Assembly: GCF_000018105.1 (NCBI RefSeq) | Contig: NC_009931.1 | Coordinates: 62,962 to 94,961 of the forward strand | Source: Acaryochloris marina MBIC11017 | GTDB lineage: Bacteria; Cyanobacteriota; Cyanobacteriia; Thermosynechococcales; Thermosynechococcaceae | Direction of reading: 5' to 3' | Length of the DNA stretch: 32,000 bases | Shown here: piece by piece, positions 24,609-32,000 of the stretch | Numbering within the stretch: position 1 is the first letter of the stretch | How the letters are laid out: each line of letters starts with the position of its first letter | The notes under the pieces: generated by a model | Databases searched by the model: none | What the model saw: only the letters and a program-made list of their open reading frames with translations | Told to the model about the DNA's origin: nothing | Translations under genes and position numbers: made by a program

Positions 24609-26096
24609 CTTGAGTTTGGACTAAGTTTAAATCTCCAGACAGAGTAAAATATCCCATGGCCCTTGAAAGCCTGAGCATAAGTTTTTCTGGTATTAACTCA
24701 GCAGTTAAGCAGCGGTTTTTGAGACAATCTTTGCTTTCCTGCGTTTGGAGACTCGTTTTTTGACCGTTGGATATCGAGTTCTTGGTGGTTGAGATTGGCC
24801 TTGCTTGCGTCCGGGTGATTTACCGCGAGTTTTTGGTGCTTGAGCAGGTGTTCCAATCGCCGCAATAATACTTGGGAATGCTTGAGCGACGCGTCCTGGT
24901 GATAGAACTTGTTGAGGAGACTGCCAGGGTAAAGGCGTATCCATACAGTCTGACCGAGCAAACCACAATTGCCAAGATATCATCCCAATCAAAGTACTCC
25001 ATCGCTCTGTCGCTTCATTGGACGTGAGTTGAGGGGTCGTCCAATAGAGCCGTTGTTTGGCAAATCGATACCAATGCTCAATGCTAAAGCGCTGCAGATA
25101 TCTTCGCCATAATCGCTCCAGACTTGGCATGCATTCTCCAGTCCAGGCCAGCCAAAGCGGCTTAAACTTTCGTCGTTTACCTTTCGGTTGGATGATCTCA
25201 ACGCGCAAAATTTCCATTTCTCGTTTGGCCGAATTACGGAAATGGAATTGGCTCCAGCGAGTTACTCTGACCTGTCCAAGTTGGGTGTCTTCTATCTCCA
25301 ATATTTCGCTGGCTTCTGGATATGTATTAGGGGCATTCAATTTGAACTTATGTCCATGCTTACGAGGAGCCCCTCGTCCTGAATAGGCGAGGGGAATACC
25401 ATAGACACAGCGATTGGATGCTAAGCGCAATAACAGGTCGACTTCAATCCCTGCAGTGTGATTGAGAAAGATGCCATTACCGTAGTGACGGTCAAACGCG
25501 GCTAGAGGACGCACCGGCAAATGACGACAGACTTGCTTTAATTGAAACGTGGCTTTGGTCAAAGCGGTCTCAAAGCTCGTGATTCGTTCATGGCGTAGGG
25601 GCAGTGCCCAATGCTGACTTTCGTCTGGGACCCAAGAAAGGGTGCTATAACTTTGGCCTACCCCGACAGTATGTCCCCCTTGATGATGAAAACCTCTGTT
25701 TTTGAGGGTCTTGGCCTCGGGACGCAGCCAAGGACTACTATCTCCCACGAAGAGCGGCTGGTCTTGAGTGGAAACTTGTCGAACTAAATATCGGTGAAGT
25801 TTGGCACGATGGATACGACCATCATGCAGGGCTGAATAGGTACTCGACCATTGACGACGGAAGATAGGATGTTGAGACAAACACACAAATGAACGCAGGC
25901 TCGGACTCATCAATACCGCATCCATTAGCTCAAATAACGCGTCTTTACTGGCGCCAAAGCAGCTATACAGAGTTTGGCGGAATTGACGCAGATGGTCGAA
26001 AATCATAAGGGCAATGAGTGTGATGATTCATTGACCTTAAAGCAGTCGGTGTACTTCATTGACTGCTTTTCTCGTTTGCTTTAGTCCAAACTCAAG
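24609..26096 (-). mobile_element. IS701/IS4-superfamily insertion sequence (about 1.49 kb) with perfect 16-bp terminal inverted repeats
   Basis: CTTGAGTTTGGACTAA at 24609-24624 and its exact reverse complement TTAGTCCAAACTCAAG at 26081-26096 bracket the transposase ORF. I could not identify a clean target-site duplication. Confidence 0.75.
24705..26006 (-). CDS. DDE transposase (IS701-like)
   Basis: 433-aa ORF. FDRHYGN, PLWLAWTG and FSIEHWYRFAKQRL are blocks that I associate with cyanobacterial IS701/IS4-like transposases. It has a basic C-terminal tail. Confidence 0.9.
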   Translation of the reverse strand: MIFDHLRQFRQTLYSCFGASKDALFELMDAVLMSPSLRSFVCLSQHPIFRRQWSSTYSALHDGRIHRAKLHRYLVRQVSTQDQPLFVGDSSPWLRPEAKTLKNRGFHHQGGHTVGVGQSYSTLSWVPDESQHWALPLRHERITSFETALTKATFQLKQVCRHLPVRPLAAFDRHYGNGIFLNHTAGIEVDLLLRLASNRCVYGIPLAYSGRGAPRKHGHKFKLNAPNTYPEASEILEIEDTQLGQVRVTRWSQFHFRNSAKREMEILRVEIIQPKGKRRKFKPLWLAWTGECMPSLERLWRRYLQRFSIEHWYRFAKQRLYWTTPQLTSNEATERWSTLIGMISWQLWFARSDCMDTPLPWQSPQQVLSPGRVAQAFPSIIAAIGTPAQAPKTRGKSPGRKQGQSQPPRTRYPTVKKRVSKRRKAKIVSKTAA

Positions 26097-26487
26097 TCAT
26101 TAATCCTCACCTCAGTATCCTCCAGAAGTACGTCATCATAGAGTGAGTGATGTCTTGGAGGATCAGTGATGTTCCCATTTTGCTGCCAACCGAATACTGG
26201 CCATCAAACGAAATCGAGAGAGAACTATCGACAGCACCAGCTTGAATTCTTGAAGATGATTCAGGATCATTTGGAAGCGGGTTTAGCGGCTGTTAGCGCA
26301 GCTATTAATACCATTGATGCTCAAGTTCAAAACTCTGACTCACAACAAGAAGGGGATGCCGCCTGATGATCTTACAGACGAAGGGGATGCCCATCTAAAG
26401 ACTTTGGATCTTTGCCAATCTGAACTCGTCCTAAATCCCGCATAAGTTTGATATTCTGCAGTTGGTTAATCCAACGGCAGGCGTTTC

Positions 26488-27702
26488 ATGAGAATTAAGG
26501 GACTGTTGAAAGCCTCACATCAAGTCAGAGATCAGCTTAAAATTGGCATCCCGATCAACGAAGTTCCTCAGTTCAAACAATATGTGAAAGATTCAATCAA
26601 AGTTACAGAGCAAATCTGTGCCAAAGCCAAGACTTCGCCCAATCAGTTACCACTCCCCTCCCGAAAAGCCTACAAATTCTTGAAGAGCGTTGATCTGAAG
26701 AATTTGCCCATCATTCAGCAGTGCAGCACACTCCAGAGCCAAAAACGGATCTCCATTCGTCAGATCCGTCCCCAACATCAACGCCTGCAGCGTCAAATCG
26801 CTGAGGTTGCCAACGGCTCTGGTTTAAATTCAAAGCAAGGACAAGATCTGGTCCAACAACTTCAACACACGGCACAGGACATTGAGGTTCTATGCAATCG
26901 CCAAGTGGCAACGCCTGCGAATTTAACGGGGCAATCCCGGCAAATCTATTGCTGGATCAAGTTCCTCTTGAGTGATGACAATCTTCAATCCCACCTTAAT
27001 GCCGTACAGACCTTTTATCAGCTTTTACAACTTGGTCTTGAACAAAAGAAGCCTTCCGACAATACTAACTGGCAACAGCTCAAAGATCCTAAAAACCTAT
27101 CCATCGAGTTTGCCCATATATCAGCGTTGTACCGCTGCAAACTTGGAACTGAACAGGGGAGCATCAAGGTCAATGAGGGATTTATTCTTGCCGATGAATT
27201 AATACTGGAAGCATTGGTTAACTCCATTTTGAACGGCAAGACGCCAAAAACGACCAGTGTGTTTTATGAGTACTCCTTATCAGAAGAGTTTGCGGAACTC
27301 CTAATGGAAATGGAACTCTTGGTGGAGGATCTGAACGAAACTGCTCAGGGAAGTACTTATAACCTTGAGGAGGTGTATCAAAAAGTGAATCAAGCTTATT
27401 TCGATGGAACTTTGGATAAACCCAAACTCTGCTGGAGCCGCACCTACAGCAAACGCAAGTTCGGACATTATGAACCCAGTAGGGATCAGGTGGTGATCAG
27501 CCTAAACTTAGATACGAAGAAGGTCCCCAGATATGTGGTTGAGTTTGTGATGTACCATGAACTACTCCATAAGGTTCATGGGCACCGAACTCAAAACGGA
27601 CGCCAAATGGCTCATACTCCTGAGTTTCGGAGGGATGAGCGTTTGTTTCAGAAATATTTACAAGCAGAGGAGCATCTTCAACGGCTTGCCAGAGCGTCCT
27701 AG
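26488..27702 (+). CDS. SprT-like zinc metalloprotease domain protein with a ~290-aa uncharacterised N-terminal region
   Basis: 404-aa ORF. The C-terminal ~110 aa read NQAYFDGTLDKPKLCWSRTYSKRKFGHYEPSRDQVVISLNL...VVEFVMYHELLHKVHGHRTQNGRQMAHTPEF. This follows the SprT pattern (YF...W...G....I.LN...HELxH x13 H..EF). I recognised nothing in the N-terminal region. Confidence 0.75.
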   Translation: MRIKGLLKASHQVRDQLKIGIPINEVPQFKQYVKDSIKVTEQICAKAKTSPNQLPLPSRKAYKFLKSVDLKNLPIIQQCSTLQSQKRISIRQIRPQHQRLQRQIAEVANGSGLNSKQGQDLVQQLQHTAQDIEVLCNRQVATPANLTGQSRQIYCWIKFLLSDDNLQSHLNAVQTFYQLLQLGLEQKKPSDNTNWQQLKDPKNLSIEFAHISALYRCKLGTEQGSIKVNEGFILADELILEALVNSILNGKTPKTTSVFYEYSLSEEFAELLMEMELLVEDLNETAQGSTYNLEEVYQKVNQAYFDGTLDKPKLCWSRTYSKRKFGHYEPSRDQVVISLNLDTKKVPRYVVEFVMYHELLHKVHGHRTQNGRQMAHTPEFRRDERLFQKYLQAEEHLQRLARAS

Positions 27703-27795
27703 CGAAGGATGCATGTTCATTGATAAATTTATTCTTGGGAATGCTAATCCTTAGCATCCAAATATTGCTTAATCTACAACAATTGAAGATAGCCT

Positions 27796-28494
27796 ATGAC
27801 CACTGATAACAATTATTCCAAAGTCCTCCTTGAGTTGAAAACCAAATATGAGCAGACACTCGCTGAATTGGAAGCTCAAACGAATCAACTCAAAACTAAA
27901 CTCAATTCCTTAAGTCCGCTAATTGAAAATCCAGCCTTGGGTGCAGATATCCTTTCTATCCTTCAAGATGCATCCGACTCCATCACCCCAACAGCAACAA
28001 ACTCCGCCTCAACCGTCATTGAAACTGTAGAGCCTAAAACTAAGAGTAAGTCTCAAAAAGCTGCTCCAAAAGCTTCAACCTCTACCTCAAAGAAATCAAC
28101 CTCAACTTCTAAAAAACCGCCATCTCAGGCCAAGACCAAGAAGACACCCCAGAAAAAAAATACAGGTCGTTCTTCATCCACCAAGCTGCCGATGAAAAAG
28201 CCTTATGACCAGATGACCAAAATGGATGCAATCGAAAAGTTCATGCAAGGGAATCCTGGCAAGGTCATTCACACAGATAACTTGATTAAGGAACTGTTTG
28301 GTGAATTGAGCCAAGAACAGCATAAAGCTGAACGTGGAAGGATGAAAACTGCCATGTATCGGGGTGTTCGACTGAAACGGTGGATAAAAGTACCCAAAAA
28401 GCAAATGTGCTTCGTCTACGAATCACACTTAGCGGCTGAATCTAAGAAAGCAACTACAACAAAGACTCAGAAGTCTCGAAAGAAGACCAAATGA
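27796..28494 (+). CDS. Hypothetical protein: N-terminal coiled coil, K/S/T-rich histone-H1-like linker, C-terminal winged-helix-like domain
   Basis: 232-aa ORF. The low-complexity basic stretch is KTKSKSQKAAPKASTSTSKKSTSTSKKPPSQAKTKKTPQKK. The C-terminal domain MTKMDAIEKFMQGNPGKVIHTDNLIKELFGEL...YRGVRLKRWIKV is reminiscent of HARE-HTH-type winged helices. It ends in a basic tail. Confidence 0.7.
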   Translation: MTTDNNYSKVLLELKTKYEQTLAELEAQTNQLKTKLNSLSPLIENPALGADILSILQDASDSITPTATNSASTVIETVEPKTKSKSQKAAPKASTSTSKKSTSTSKKPPSQAKTKKTPQKKNTGRSSSTKLPMKKPYDQMTKMDAIEKFMQGNPGKVIHTDNLIKELFGELSQEQHKAERGRMKTAMYRGVRLKRWIKVPKKQMCFVYESHLAAESKKATTTKTQKSRKKTK

Positions 28495-28521
28495 AACGAT
28501 AGTGTTTGATGTGCCAAAAAC

Positions 28522-28803
28522 TCAAGCAGAAGCCATCATTCTTTTAACCGAGAATGATGGTGGAGCTAGTAGAAAAACTTTTTTGCCAATCTCGATATAC
28601 TCACCCGACAACGCAAAAGTGCTTCCAGCGAAGTAATCTGCGAGCCGCTGAGCCAGCGTGGGTTTCACCGCCACCAAATTCACGAGAAGCATATCATCCG
28701 TTCTCATCGTGTTGATCGCTTCCTCGGCATCTTCAAATGACTTGGGATGATACACGCGGATTTTATGGGGTGATACTCCTTGAAAGGAAAGAAGGTTGTC
28801 CAT
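28522..28803 (-). CDS. SepF-core (DUF552) domain protein lacking the N-terminal membrane-targeting helix
   Basis: 93-aa ORF. IRVYHPKSFEDAEEAINTMRTDDMLLVNLVAVKPTLAQRLADYFAGSTFALSGEYIEIGKKVFLLAP aligns with the SepF core of B. subtilis ([62 protein letters not shown]). AAGGAG lies 9 nt upstream of the ATG. Confidence 0.8.
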   Translation of the reverse strand: MDNLLSFQGVSPHKIRVYHPKSFEDAEEAINTMRTDDMLLVNLVAVKPTLAQRLADYFAGSTFALSGEYIEIGKKVFLLAPPSFSVKRMMASA

Positions 28804-29048
28804 AAACCAGTACTCCTTTGCGACCTAGTCCAGGCACATCCTCAGCGTTCCGTGAATACTCCAGGCAGTCTGTTTATACATGCTCAAGCCTAGGATCTCA
28901 CCTGATAGGTTACTCTCCATGACATCAGAGCCAGCGGAAAGTTCCAGCTCCACAGATTCTCTTGGAGTTCGCGGTTGACTGATCTGAAGGTTTTTTGAGG
29001 ACACTGACTGAGGTAGTCCGTCCGGAATAGAGTTGAAAATTGAAGAAG

Positions 29049-29876
29049 TTATCTTTTTCGGGCAATGTGAAAGGCAGAAATGTTCAAGAGTTTGATGTGA
29101 CCTGCAAAGTGATTGTCTATTTTCTTCTGCAATCCTACGAACAAGTCTTTCCTGCTTTTTTCATCTAACTCCAAGTATTGTGAAAAGGTACTCAACAGTG
29201 TCAAATATTCATCCACACTATATGAGGTCTCCCAAATAATCTGTTCAAAAACGATGCCTTCGAATTGATCTGAGGTAGCAACAATCTGTCCTAGTTCTCT
29301 CAATTCAGCCTCATGAGTATCTCTGCCTTTGTAGTGAGACAGGGATGGAGCATGGATTTGATATACATCCTGTAACACCTGATGGAACTCTCGATAAGGA
29401 ATGGCTGGCACATTCCATAACAGTATGAGCACTCCATTATCCTGTAATGCATTGGCCACTTTAGGGTACGCAACTTCTGCCGGAATCCAATGAATCGAAG
29501 TTGCTGCTAAAACAGCGTTAAACGGCTTCGCTTCAGGTTTCCATTCCTCAAATGAGGTGTTTTTGATCTCGAGATTTGGGTAGTGAGAACAATTTCTCCG
29601 AGCAATCTCGTAAAAGTCTGGGTTTGGCTCAAGACAAAGCATTGAAAAACCCAGGTTAGCAAACGAAACTGTTGCAGTTCCAGGGCCACAACCTATTTCA
29701 AGAATTCTCGACCCATTTTCAAGTTGAGTTAACTCGACAACTCGACTAATCAATGTATCAGGATAATGGGGTCGTGTTCTGTTGTAAGCCTCTGCTGCGG
29801 GAGAGTACCAAGTCTTTCTCTGTTTCAAGTCTTTGCTAGAGTACTGCTTGGTTGTTTGATCGTTATCTTTCACCAC
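29049..29876 (-). CDS. Class I SAM-dependent methyltransferase
   Basis: 275-aa ORF with a GTG start. Motif I is ILEIGCGPGTAT and the post-I motif is LCLEPNP. The substrate cannot be inferred. Confidence 0.85.
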   Translation of the reverse strand: MVKDNDQTTKQYSSKDLKQRKTWYSPAAEAYNRTRPHYPDTLISRVVELTQLENGSRILEIGCGPGTATVSFANLGFSMLCLEPNPDFYEIARRNCSHYPNLEIKNTSFEEWKPEAKPFNAVLAATSIHWIPAEVAYPKVANALQDNGVLILLWNVPAIPYREFHQVLQDVYQIHAPSLSHYKGRDTHEAELRELGQIVATSDQFEGIVFEQIIWETSYSVDEYLTLLSTFSQYLELDEKSRKDLFVGLQKKIDNHFAGHIKLLNISAFHIARKR

Positions 29877-30151
29877 TCAGCCTCAAACTCAAAATGCTCT
29901 CTGTCTATTCTGAAACTACATTCTAATCAATAGGATTAGATGCCTAACCTTGGATATCTGTCGGTCAGCCAGGTTAAGGGGGTGAAGTCAACTCTGAAAC
30001 AAATCATAATGAGACACTCAGATACCAATAACGGCAAAGAAAATATGTAGGTTAAATTGTGCGATCGCTTGTCCAAATCAACTGATTGACGGGGAACTAT
30101 CTGGCTATCAATAGACTCAACTTCACCAACGCAGATAATAGAAGGTTTCTA

Positions 30152-30394
30152 ATGACTGATTTCAAGCATAGACCTACTAACTTAGGGCAGCACCTATGGA
30201 GTCTAAGGAATTTAGCTGAACAGACCCACGCTGCTGCTCAAAGCGCTGAACTACACTCCCGTACTGTTGGACAAGCCAGTCTCTCCCAGAAATTACTGGA
30301 TATCCAACGTCAATTATGTATCCTTCAACTAAGACTCAAAGATCCTGAAATTCAAGAGTGGACTGGAAAGCAAATGCAGCTACCATTCAGATAA
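30152..30394 (+). CDS. Small hypothetical protein
   Basis: The tracked ORF starts with TTG at 30086, and the ATG at 30152 follows AGAAGG. I recognised no motifs. It is helical and Gln/Leu-rich. Confidence 0.35.
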   Translation: MTDFKHRPTNLGQHLWSLRNLAEQTHAAAQSAELHSRTVGQASLSQKLLDIQRQLCILQLRLKDPEIQEWTGKQMQLPFR

Positions 30395-30426
30395 AATGCT
30401 CAACTCTCCCAGGTTCATACCTGTTC

Positions 30427-30650
30427 TTAACAATGAAGCTCTCCCACCTTCAAGAGGATGGGAGTTTCTAATGCTAATCTAGAGCTACGCCAGTAGACCA
30501 TAGATCACATAAAACAGGCCAGCTTCTAGCCTTACGCCTGGAACTTTTGCCAGAACGTAACTGACGGTCATTTCTGCCGATCAGCTTAAGAATGCCTCGA
30601 GCTGCAATATTCCGAGACCCGTTAATGTCAGCATTTATAGGAAAGACCTT
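30427..30650 (-). pseudogene. IS200/IS605-family TnpB (OrfB) C-terminal remnant
   Basis: The minus-strand translation includes INADINGSRNIAARGILKL. This is the conserved (H/N)ADxNAAxNI block at the RuvC-III end of TnpB. No upstream part is present, and the frame is broken downstream. Confidence 0.5.
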
Positions 30651-30849
30651 TTAACCCCAACACTCCGTTACCCGCTCCCACTCAAGCTCCGCCTGAACCC
30701 TCTCCCAGATCCGCTTCATCGCCTTCTGTGGACGAAGCTTAATCACTTGTAAAATCTCAAAGTTCTCCTCAATTTCGACGGCGCACTCAAATCAACCCCC
30801 CGGTGTAGCAAACGATTCCCTCACGAAAGGCTTCCCCGTTCTCTTCACC
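30651..30849 (-). pseudogene. Degraded copy of the gene tail found intact at 31802-32000
   Basis: It aligns colinearly with 31802-32000, with identical blocks AATCTCAAAGTTCTCCTCAATTTC and CCTCACGAAAGGCTTCCCCGT. The minus-strand reading is broken by a stop or indel (VKRTGKPFVRESFATPGG*FECAVEIEENFEILQVIKLRP...). Confidence 0.6.
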
Positions 30850-30915
30850 AAAACTATTATTGCCCTAAGTTATTCTTGGAGATGGTCAGCGTCTCTAACT
30901 CGCTTCGACATCCAT

Positions 30916-31659
30916 CTAGTTAGGAGATTGTTCGCATTTCAGTGTATAACCTACCCCTCGAATCGTATGGATAAGTTCGGTTCCAACCTGATTGGCTTTG
31001 AGCTTATTCCGAAGACGAGACACATGGACATCAACTACTCGCGAGTCAACGATGCTCCCATTACTATATCCCCACACTTTCTCTAACAACTCTTGACGAG
31101 AAACTACTGCTCCAGGGGTACTTGCCAATAGTTCTAACAGACTAAACTCCATGTGGGTTAGGATGATACGTTCTTGACCTCTGAAGACCTTCCGCTTGTT
31201 GGTATCAATGTGGAGTGAACCGATGTTCAGCACTCCGGTCACTCGATAATTAAAAGGTTTTAGAGAACCCATTCGGCGTATGATGCATCGCACTCGAGAT
31301 TCTAGTTCCTTGGGTGAAAAGGGCTTGACCATGTAATCATCCGCACCCATTTCTAAGCCAGTAATCCGATCTCCTACCTCAGAAAGTGCCGTCAGCATAA
31401 TGATTGGAACCCTCGAGGTCTTACGGATGGCCCGACAGACACCATACCCATCCAGTCTGGGCATCATAACATCTAAAACAATCAAATCAGGGTGCTGACG
31501 ATCAAAGATTTCTAGTGCTTCTACGCCGTCAGCAGCAGTGAAGACGTGATAGCCCATCATGGATAGCCTAGTGTCTAAAATTCGTCGAATCGGCCCTTCA
31601 TCATCAACTACCAAGATAGAATGCTGCTTATTGCTCTGATTATTCATGAATTCAGGCAT
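30916..31659 (-). CDS. OmpR-family response regulator, RpaB (Ycf27)-like paralog
   Basis: 247-aa ORF. ILVVDDEGPIRRILDTRLSMMGYHVFTAADGVEALEIF...PDLIVLDVMMPRLDGYGVC...PIIMLTAL...DRITGLEMGADDYMVKPFSPKELE closely tracks RpaB. A winged-helix output domain follows (MEFSLLELL...VWGY...VDVHVSRLRNKL). Confidence 0.9.
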   Translation of the reverse strand: MPEFMNNQSNKQHSILVVDDEGPIRRILDTRLSMMGYHVFTAADGVEALEIFDRQHPDLIVLDVMMPRLDGYGVCRAIRKTSRVPIIMLTALSEVGDRITGLEMGADDYMVKPFSPKELESRVRCIIRRMGSLKPFNYRVTGVLNIGSLHIDTNKRKVFRGQERIILTHMEFSLLELLASTPGAVVSRQELLEKVWGYSNGSIVDSRVVDVHVSRLRNKLKANQVGTELIHTIRGVGYTLKCEQSPN

Positions 31660-31801
31660 CTTTGGCTACGCTTTAGTTCAACGTAGCATTTATACCTAAG
31701 CAATAATGCTTAAGACGCTTGATAGAAATGATTCTTATGATTAGGTCATTTTCGAGGGAAATTGCCAAGTCTGCTGCTTCGGCATTTGCCCAAAACTCAA
31801 C

Positions 31802-32000
31802 TCATCCCCAAACCCTACTCACCCGCTCCCGCTCCAACCACACACCAACCATCTCCCCAATCCGCTCCATCGTCTCCGGTGGCCTCAGCTCAATCACTTC
31901 CCCAATCTCAAAGTTCTCCTCAATTTCAACCGCGCACTCCCAACAGAACTCCGGCGTAGCAAAAGTATTCCTCACGAAAGGCTTCCCCGTCCCTGCCACC
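31802..32000 (-). CDS. 3' end of a hypothetical gene whose 5' part lies beyond the window end
   Basis: The minus frame is open from the window edge to the TGA at 31804-31802: ...GKPFVRNTFATPEFCWECAVEIEENFEIGEVIELRPPETMERIGEMVGVWLERERVSRVWG*. The overlapping plus-strand Pro-rich ORF looks like a shadow. Confidence 0.5.
   Translation of the reverse strand, partial: VAGTGKPFVRNTFATPEFCWECAVEIEENFEIGEVIELRPPETMERIGEMVGVWLERERVSRVWG

Noticed and set aside
26166-26366. 66-aa ORF 26166-26366 (+)
   Set aside because: It has a GTG start and no ribosome-binding site. It lies immediately beside the IS end, and I recognised no motif. The evidence is insufficient to call a gene.
27741-27757. Hairpin ATGCTAA-tcc-TTAGCAT between the SprT-like gene and the H1-like gene as a terminator
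   Set aside because: The stem is short (7 bp), no T-run follows, and the downstream gene begins 39 nt later. It is more likely an incidental or processing structure.
1-32000. rRNA, tRNA, tmRNA, RNase P RNA, SRP RNA or known riboswitches
   Set aside because: I scanned the long intergenic regions (12870-13464, 15295-16168, 16535-17010, 22601-22861) by eye for cloverleaf arms and conserved cores such as GAGGAAAGTCC and the TPP CUGAGA motif. I found nothing convincing. A covariance-model scan would be needed to exclude them.

Overview
The window looks like cyanobacterial chromosomal DNA. It has several HIP1 octamers (GCGATCGC, e.g. near 6491, 17019, 17131, 30061), a 4-Cys-prefix Ser/Thr kinase, an RpaB-like response regulator and FurA/Zur-type regulators. 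It mixes housekeeping genes with an IS-rich accessory background.

Layout:
- 1-1449: 5' part of a pilB/gspE-type ATPase gene.
- 1620-10976: a metal-homeostasis island. It holds four Fur-family regulators, a ZigA-like COG0523 GTPase, a flavoprotein plus FeoB-like operon, IS debris and an HNH endonuclease.
- 11193-15294: metG, an orphan ylxR and a Ser/Thr kinase.
- 15295-17010: AT-rich non-coding DNA with an inverted-repeat-bounded element and one small Cys-rich membrane ORF.
- 17011-22697: a cassette of unknown function, an Rpn-family nuclease gene split by an intact ISL3 element, an Old Yellow Enzyme reductase, a second copy of the acidic cassette protein, and a 64-bp perfect palindrome.
- 22862-26096: an M48 protease, an aberrant moaB-like gene, an IS3 remnant and an intact IS701-like element.
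- 26488-29876: a SprT-like zincin with a large unknown N-terminal region, a histone-H1-like K/S/T-rich protein, a stand-alone SepF-core protein and a SAM methyltransferase.
- 30400-32000: a TnpB remnant and an rpaB-like regulator flanked by direct repeats of another gene's tail.

No rRNA, tRNA or bona fide CRISPR array was seen.

Best candidates for something undescribed:
1. An identical 18-nt Fur-box-like operator at three promoters. Two copies sit inside a duplicated ~90-bp promoter module, so a FeoA-less FeoB-like transporter with a Cys-tailed flavoprotein, a zur gene and an HNH endonuclease appear to share one metal-sensing circuit.
2. The 17011-18169 cassette (Zn-ribbon/basic protein plus an acidic protein with a kleisin-like C-terminus), which has a second copy at 21936-22600.
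3. The SprT-like zincin plus H1-like protein pair.

All functional calls come from reading the supplied translations. No database search was possible.
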